Part shown: piece after piece, positions 50,105 through 55,308 of the stretch | Layout of the letters: the number at the start of each line of letters is the position of its first letter | How positions within the stretch are numbered: position 1 is the first letter of the stretch | DNA from: Candidatus Poseidoniales archaeon | GTDB taxonomy: Archaea > Thermoplasmatota > Poseidoniia > MGIII > CG-Epi1 | Assembly: GCA_045567955.1 (NCBI GenBank) | Contig: JBJLBX010000033.1 | Span: 1-55,308 of the forward strand | Direction of reading: 5' to 3' | Length of the DNA stretch: 55,308 nucleotides | Notes under the pieces: model-generated | What the model was told of the DNA's origin: nothing | The model's input: the letters and a program-made list of their open reading frames with translations, nothing else | Databases searched by the model: none | Translations under genes and position numbers: made by a program

Positions 50105-50725
50105 TTAATTTTCCCTGACAAAACCACACTCTTTACATTCATAATCTGGATATAAATCAGGATTGTTCGGTGATGCACCATGCCAATGGAAAGTATATTT
50201 TCCACACTTAACACAATATGAATTCTGTTTGTATCCAGTATATGCATGAGGTCGTTGTTGCATTACTGGTGTAACTGGTATTTGAGACGCTGAAGATGCT
50301 ATTGGTTGAGAATTGGCAACTGGTTCTTCAATTTTTTCTTCTTCTGTAACTGCCTCAGTAGGAGATCCTGAGTCTATATCTCCTGGGTCAGTTATCAATA
50401 CAGCTACAACCGGACATACTTCTTCGCAAGCTCTGCAAATAATACAATCTGGCTCTCTGGCCATTATTGCTTTCTTATCAGAAGCAGGATGGTTTGGAGT
50501 ATCAATCCAATCGTAAACATCTACAGGACAAGCTTCAATACAAGCTCCATCGGCTACACAAATATCAAAATCGACAGCGACAACACTTCCCCATATTCCT
50601 AGTTTATCAGTTCCAACTCCACCATATGAATCGGAATCTTTAGCCCAAATTTGAATTGGTTCATCGTCTCCATCGTGGGTTGCAACTTTTGCATATGTAG
50701 TCAGGAAATTCTTGGCAATGCTCAT
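50105..50725 (-). CDS. 7Fe Zn-ferredoxin-like protein fused to a C-terminal Zn ribbon
   Basis: CVADGAC..ACP and CIICRAC..VCP; Pro/Ser/Glu linker; CVKC...CKEC. Confidence 0.82.
   Translation of the reverse strand: MSIAKNFLTTYAKVATHDGDDEPIQIWAKDSDSYGGVGTDKLGIWGSVVAVDFDICVADGACIEACPVDVYDWIDTPNHPASDKKAIMAREPDCIICRACEEVCPVVAVLITDPGDIDSGSPTEAVTEEEKIEEPVANSQPIASSASQIPVTPVMQQRPHAYTGYKQNSYCVKCGKYTFHWHGASPNNPDLYPDYECKECGFVREN
50553..50659 (-). repeat. 107-bp perfect inverted copy of 29313-29419 (ferredoxin paralogs)
   Basis: Reverse complement matches base for base on manual alignment. Confidence 0.9.
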
Positions 50726-50764
50726 TTAACAGTACTCCTCACAGATGTCATTTAGGAGGGGGTT

Positions 50765-50787
50765 TATTTCTTTTATAGAAAGAAATA
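50765..50787. promoter_or_regulatory. palindrome overlapping the TATA box of the ferredoxin paralog
   Basis: TATTTCTTT-N5-AAAGAAATA, enclosing minus-strand TATAAAAG. Confidence 0.45.
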
Positions 50788-50864
50788 TATTGTTAATCGT
50801 CTTAAGAAACGTTCGTCCGGTCGATATAAATAGAGTATAATAGAGTCACTAACGCCCAAAATTA

Positions 50865-51235
50865 AAGTGGGCACAGTTCTGTCGACCTTCTCACGTCAGT
50901 TGACATTGCTGTACCCGGGGTGGAATTGGGTCCTGATCCTAAGATCAGGTTCCTCTTCCGGCGTACAAGTTTCGTTTTCCCACGACATCTCGCCTGTTTT
51001 CCTGGCTTGCGTGCTTAGATCGTTTCCCCTTGGTTTTTAACTTGTTTCCCTCTTTTCCCGCTCAAATTGTTTCCCCCAGTGTCCCGGTTGTTTCCTTTTT
51101 TGCATTCAAAGATCGTTTCCCCTTAGTTTCCCAAGTTGTTTCCTTCTAGGCTTTTTCCCTTACTCCTTGAGTTGGCTTCATAACCCGAAGGTCATGTTTC
51201 CCAGAGTGCGGGAACTTTACATGGACAGGGGGAGT
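50865..51235 (-). ncRNA. putative structured non-coding RNA with repeated GGAAAC motifs
   Basis: No credible ORF; elevated GC; CAUGACC-UUCG-GGUUAUG hairpin, CCUGAUC-UUAG-GAUCAGG hairpin, long 3' hairpin followed by U-rich tract; 8 exact GGAAAC. Confidence 0.7.
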
Positions 51236-51318
51236 ATATACTACCTTTCGGATACACTTAAATATGATGAGCGCAAGAATGTTATTTTACGTATCTTTTT
51301 TACACTTTTTAATGATAA

Positions 51319-51615
51319 TTACTTTTTCCAGATGTGGCCAGTGTCATCCAAATCAAAAATAGATCTAAGTAATTCATCTGAAAACTTCTTACCAATGTCA
51401 TCTGCTGCATCAAAATAAGATCTTAACGCAACCATATCTACATCAGACTTTTCAATATCAAACCCAACATTTACTTCAAAGTTAAAAATAACTTCACTAG
51501 CTTCTTCATCTAAAATGAATGATTGAAGATAACCTGCCTCAACCATTATTTCTGCTAAATCTATGAGTTTCCTGCCTCTATCTGTGCTATAAATTTGAAA
51601 CCTTACCTTAGGCAT
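51319..51615 (-). CDS. small acidic hypothetical protein
   Basis: 98-aa ORF from probable ATG 51615 (MPKVRFQIY). Confidence 0.65.
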   Translation of the reverse strand: MPKVRFQIYSTDRGRKLIDLAEIMVEAGYLQSFILDEEASEVIFNFEVNVGFDIEKSDVDMVALRSYFDAADDIGKKFSDELLRSIFDLDDTGHIWKK

Positions 51616-51635
51616 ATTATTGAAAGTAGGCAATA

Positions 51636-52103
51636 CTATAAGTGTATATTTGCCATCTTGCAAACTTCATCAAAATGTTTCTTTTCAACAGGCTGTACTG
51701 ATAATCTTTGGCCGCGCTTGATTACAAGCATCTCTTCTAAGCTATCATTCTCTTTTAATTGATTCAGTGACACCATTTCATCGAACTTAGTTACTGGTTC
51801 CATATCTACCAAAAACCATCTAGGTACTTCTTCTGTCGCTTTAGGGTCATAATATTTTGATTTCTTATCAAACTGTGTAATATCAGGATATGATTCTTTA
51901 CAAATTTTGGAAATTCCTGCAATATGTGGAGGTTTGGTATTGGAATGATAATAGAGAACCATATCTCCAATACGCATTTTGTCTCTCATGAAATTTCTAG
52001 CCTGATAATTACGAACACCATCCCAATGAGTACTGCCATCCTTAATTAAATCATCAAAGGAGTAAACATGGGGTTCACTTTTCATCAACCAATAATTTGT
52101 CAT
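51636..52103 (-). CDS. EVE domain-containing protein
   Basis: YWLMKSEP, WDGVRNYQARN, GDMVLYYHS, YYDPK, RLSVQPV. Confidence 0.95.
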   Translation of the reverse strand: MTNYWLMKSEPHVYSFDDLIKDGSTHWDGVRNYQARNFMRDKMRIGDMVLYYHSNTKPPHIAGISKICKESYPDITQFDKKSKYYDPKATEEVPRWFLVDMEPVTKFDEMVSLNQLKENDSLEEMLVIKRGQRLSVQPVEKKHFDEVCKMANIHL

Positions 52104-55100
52104 TATTTAGTTAATTCCTTAGCCTGTTTAACCCATTCGTCACGCTTAACTCTTCCTGGGAAGAATTCAATTGCAACATTTACTTCCTCTTCTAAATCGG
52201 GAGTCATTCGAGCAATCTGCACAAACATATAGATGCCTAATGCATTGAGCTTTTCTTCAATGAAAGGCCCTATTCCTTTAATCACTTGGAGATCATCTTT
52301 AGCAACAACAATAGATGCTGCAACAAAAGCTCTAGTTAATCCTGCAATACCAAACAATGCATTTCCTTTCTTACTTGTCCAAGTAATAATTTCACTTCCA
52401 TCTGCATCAGTGATAGTTGCTGTTCCTTCCTTTTCAAAATCTGAAGCATCTTCCAAATCAATTTCACTTGCATCTTTCTCTACTGGTTTTGATAATGTGC
52501 TACTGGTTGCCTCACCTAATACTTCAAAATCAATTTTTTCTGAACGTGCTTTAACTCTTTCAAGTTCTTTCTCCTTCTTTTCTTCTTTAGTTAATGGCTC
52601 TTTTTCAGATTCTTCCTTAGCCACATCAACTGCCCAGCTGAGATAAACGGAAGCAGTACCTAACTTGATTAGACCCTCATATTCAGCACCATCTGTACTT
52701 GGCTTATCATCCTTGAAATTAACTCTGAATTTGATTTTTCCATCGTCGTTAGCCACAAGTGCTGATTGGCGTCCAACTTCATCCGGATCTGCGATTATTG
52801 CAAATCGCTTACCATTATCTTTGATGTCTAAATCTTGCATATTTACAGTGCTGCCTGATTTCAAACCAGAGATTGTAATAACTTGCTTTGAAGAGATTGT
52901 TTCACCAGGATCTAGGCCTTTAGCTGGTGTAATCACAAACGGATCCATCTTAGTTCCTGTACCGCCATTAAATTTAGGTTTGGAAGTTGTATTTTCAGGT
53001 TCAGGATTTGAACTTAAAACTGGAGTAGGTGCTTCTGGTTCTTCTGGTTCCTCAATTTTCTCATCTTTGCTAGTAACATTGACAATTAATTCACCCGTAT
53101 ATTTTCCTTTAGAATGTTTCATTACAATTTCATAAATATATTTTCCAGCCTCTCCCGGATGCCCTGAAATTATTCCTGTTTTGGAATCTATCTCTAACTC
53201 ATTTAAGTCTCCAGAAATGCCATATGTTACATTTTTCAGACCCTCTTTGTTTACAAGGTTAATATATTTCTTTGTATATTCATGTAAAGAAGGAACTGCT
53301 CGTATCTTAGATTCATTATCTCCAATTACATAGTTTATCTCATTTGGTTGATAGATTAATGAATTATCATATCGCTTCTTTCCTAATGGATATAATAGAA
53401 GTAAGAGAAGTAAAAGCGCCCAACAACATAATTCAGTAGGACTTCTCTCAGAGTTATTAGTGCTTCCTGAAGCTAAGGCTTGGAGCATGTCATTCTGACC
53501 ATCTCCGTCTGCATCTGCAGGGTTTCCGTCTCCATCTGGTTTGTATTCATCTCTGTCAAGAATTCCATCACCATCGAAGTCGCCGTTAGGATCGGTTGGT
53601 GAAGGGTCAAAATTATCAGGAATACCATCAGCATCAGTATCTACAATTAGTGGTTCTGTGCCTTTTTCAACTTCTTCAGCATCTGATAGAGTGTCGCCAT
53701 CATCATCGGTATCTGCATTATTTCCAATACCATCTTCGTCCGTATCCAACCATTCATCTGAATTTATTGGGAATGCATCATCCCCATCATTAAATCCATC
53801 ATTATCATCATCTGTATCTGTACTATCTGGTATCTTGTCTCCATCTGTATCTAAAGGAATACTTTCTGAATCTAATGGATCTGAACCTTCGGAAAGCTCC
53901 ATCGTATCATTGTAACCATCTCCATCATCATCAAAGTCTGCATTGTTACCAGTACCATCATTATCAGTATCGAGCCATTCAGTTACATTTGTTGGGAATG
54001 CATCGACTGTGTCGTTGTAGCCATCATTATCATCATCTGTATCTGTACTATCTGGTATCTTATCGCCATCAGTATCTAAAGGAATACTTTCTGAATCTAA
54101 TGGATCTGAACCTTCGGAAAGCTCCATCGTATCATTGTAACCATCTCCATCATCATCAAAGTCTGCATTGTTTCCAATCTCGTCACCGTCAGTATCGAAC
54201 CATTCATTTTCGTCTAATGGAAATACATCGCCTGCAATGCAAGATCCGACCGTTACTGAGCCGTCACAATAGCCATCACCGTCAGTATCGGGATTCAATG
54301 ATTCTGTTCCGTTAGCAATCTCATCCAAATCAAGTAAACCATCATTATCATCATCCAAATCTTCAATTAATACAGGTTCGGAAGTCGATGTACCATTAAT
54401 AGTATCTGGCATTCCATCACCATCTGTATCAAGATGGGCTGCTGGATCTAATGGGAAATCATCAGGGCCTGCTACACAAATTCCTTCGACACCCCTATCA
54501 CCGTCACAGAATCCATCATCATCTGTATCTGGATTTGTAAAGTTAGTTCCAAGAGTAATTTCTTCACCATTGTTTAAACCATCATTATCTTGGTCACAGG
54601 TTGAGGAATTAAGGTTAGGGTCACAACCATCTAGAGGATCGTAACCATTATCATTCTCAAAAATATCAGTATAACTATCACCATCATCATCAGGATCTAC
54701 GTTGTTTCCAATACCATCGCCATCTGTATCTAACCATTCACTATCATCAAGTGGAAATGCATCATCGCTACCAGCACAGCCAGTAACTACAATTGGACCA
54801 TCACAATAGAAATCACCATCAGTGTCTGGATCTAAAGGATCAGTTCCAATTTCATTTTCTTCATCATCTGAGAGGCCATCATTATCGTCATCAGTATCTC
54901 CGTTGTTTCCAATACCATCACCATCAGTATCAATCGTTTCGTCAGGATCTGTTGGCAATTCATCAGGACCACCAATACAAATTTGCGCATCATTTATCGT
55001 TACATTAACCGAACCATCACAAACTCCATCACCGTCTGTATCAGGATTAGTTGAATTAGTGACTGGATCTGATGAAGCTTCTGTAGTATCATCGAGACCA

Positions 55101-55308
55101 TCATTATCATCGTCTGTATCGGCATTATTGCCAGTGCCATCACCATCAGTATCAAACCATTCATTTTCATCTAGTGGAAATACATCGCCTGCAATGCAAG
55201 AACCGACAGTTACTGAGCCATCGCAATAGCCATCACCATCAGTATCAGGATCTAATGGTTCAGTTCCATTAGCAATCTCATCTAAATCAAGCAAACCATC
55301 ATTATCGT
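52103..55308 (-). CDS. large TSP3-like repeat surface protein with TM helix, Ig-like domain and C-terminal HhH-like domain (5' end beyond window)
   Basis: Many DTDGDG / DAFPLD..EW repeats; CCWALLLLLLLLYPLGKKR TM helix; IDSKTGIISGHP Ig-like motif; DDLQVIKGIGPFIEEKLNALGI. Confidence 0.85.
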   Translation of the reverse strand, partial: DNDGLLDLDEIANGTEPLDPDTDGDGYCDGSVTVGSCIAGDVFPLDENEWFDTDGDGTGNNADTDDDNDGLDDTTEASSDPVTNSTNPDTDGDGVCDGSVNVTINDAQICIGGPDELPTDPDETIDTDGDGIGNNGDTDDDNDGLSDDEENEIGTDPLDPDTDGDFYCDGPIVVTGCAGSDDAFPLDDSEWLDTDGDGIGNNVDPDDDGDSYTDIFENDNGYDPLDGCDPNLNSSTCDQDNDGLNNGEEITLGTNFTNPDTDDDGFCDGDRGVEGICVAGPDDFPLDPAAHLDTDGDGMPDTINGTSTSEPVLIEDLDDDNDGLLDLDEIANGTESLNPDTDGDGYCDGSVTVGSCIAGDVFPLDENEWFDTDGDEIGNNADFDDDGDGYNDTMELSEGSDPLDSESIPLDTDGDKIPDSTDTDDDNDGYNDTVDAFPTNVTEWLDTDNDGTGNNADFDDDGDGYNDTMELSEGSDPLDSESIPLDTDGDKIPDSTDTDDDNDGFNDGDDAFPINSDEWLDTDEDGIGNNADTDDDGDTLSDAEEVEKGTEPLIVDTDADGIPDNFDPSPTDPNGDFDGDGILDRDEYKPDGDGNPADADGDGQNDMLQALASGSTNNSERSPTELCCWALLLLLLLLYPLGKKRYDNSLIYQPNEINYVIGDNESKIRAVPSLHEYTKKYINLVNKEGLKNVTYGISGDLNELEIDSKTGIISGHPGEAGKYIYEIVMKHSKGKYTGELIVNVTSKDEKIEEPEEPEAPTPVLSSNPEPENTTSKPKFNGGTGTKMDPFVITPAKGLDPGETISSKQVITISGLKSGSTVNMQDLDIKDNGKRFAIIADPDEVGRQSALVANDDGKIKFRVNFKDDKPSTDGAEYEGLIKLGTASVYLSWAVDVAKEESEKEPLTKEEKKEKELERVKARSEKIDFEVLGEATSSTLSKPVEKDASEIDLEDASDFEKEGTATITDADGSEIITWTSKKGNALFGIAGLTRAFVAASIVVAKDDLQVIKGIGPFIEEKLNALGIYMFVQIARMTPDLEEEVNVAIEFFPGRVKRDEWVKQAKELTK
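53796..54172. repeat. 225-bp-period direct repeat inside the TSP3 gene
   Basis: 53847-53947 is identical to 54072-54172; a second near-identical module pair lies around 54180-54350 and 55140-55308. Confidence 0.85.

Noticed and set aside
50970-51205. GTTTCC repeats as a CRISPR array
   Set aside because: The shared unit is only 6-15 nt with irregular spacing of about 11-58 nt, there is no 24-40-nt repeat/spacer periodicity, and no cas genes are in the window.
50970-51205. GGAAAC repeats as ORB elements of a replication origin
   Set aside because: They lack the TCCA...GGAAAC dyad and downstream G-string arrangement, there is no adjacent orc1/cdc6 or AT-rich unwinding element, and strand-specific RNA tetraloop hairpins favour an RNA. 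Not fully excluded.
50865-51235. RNase P RNA, SRP RNA or tmRNA
   Set aside because: No GAGGAAAGUCC with complementary 3' P4 strand, no SRP helix 8 motif and no tRNA-like ends; the central part is too purine-rich to pair.
51167-51418. 83-aa plus-strand ORF
   Set aside because: It overlaps both the minus-strand gene and the putative ncRNA promoter/5' end, starts with TTG and has no motif.
41289-55201. Same 957-bp repeat period in two different surface-protein genes
   Set aside because: The repeated sequences are unrelated; most likely coincidence.

Overview
A low-GC, gene-dense archaeal chromosomal segment. Marker genes (ABCE1, uS15, TrmI, class I CCA-adding enzyme, RadB, RibL, archaeal type IV pilins, A1-U72 tRNA-Gln) and large acidic TSP3/PKD/PGF-CTERM surface proteins point to a marine Thermoplasmatota (Poseidoniia, MG-II/MG-III-like). 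This taxonomy is inferred. The window holds housekeeping genes, a mosaic riboflavin operon, a type IV pilus locus and two co-regulated pilins. I see no CRISPR array, transposase or prophage. Most notable observations: (1) an unannotated ~370-nt minus-strand structured non-coding element (about 50865-51235) with a cUUCGg hairpin and 8 exact plus 4 variant GGAAAC motifs, built like a protein-sponge RNA; (2) a Rieske/cytochrome b6 operon whose subunit IV is fused to an HdrC-like 2x[4Fe-4S] domain and followed by a CCG (HdrB/HdrD-like) protein and a polyferredoxin, with no c1/f cytochrome; (3) a split two-gene homologue of the eukaryotic ribosomal prolyl hydroxylase Tpa1/OGFOD1; (4) probable ATT/ATC start codons and short uORFs missed by the ORF track. 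All family assignments come from motif recognition by eye; no database searches were run.
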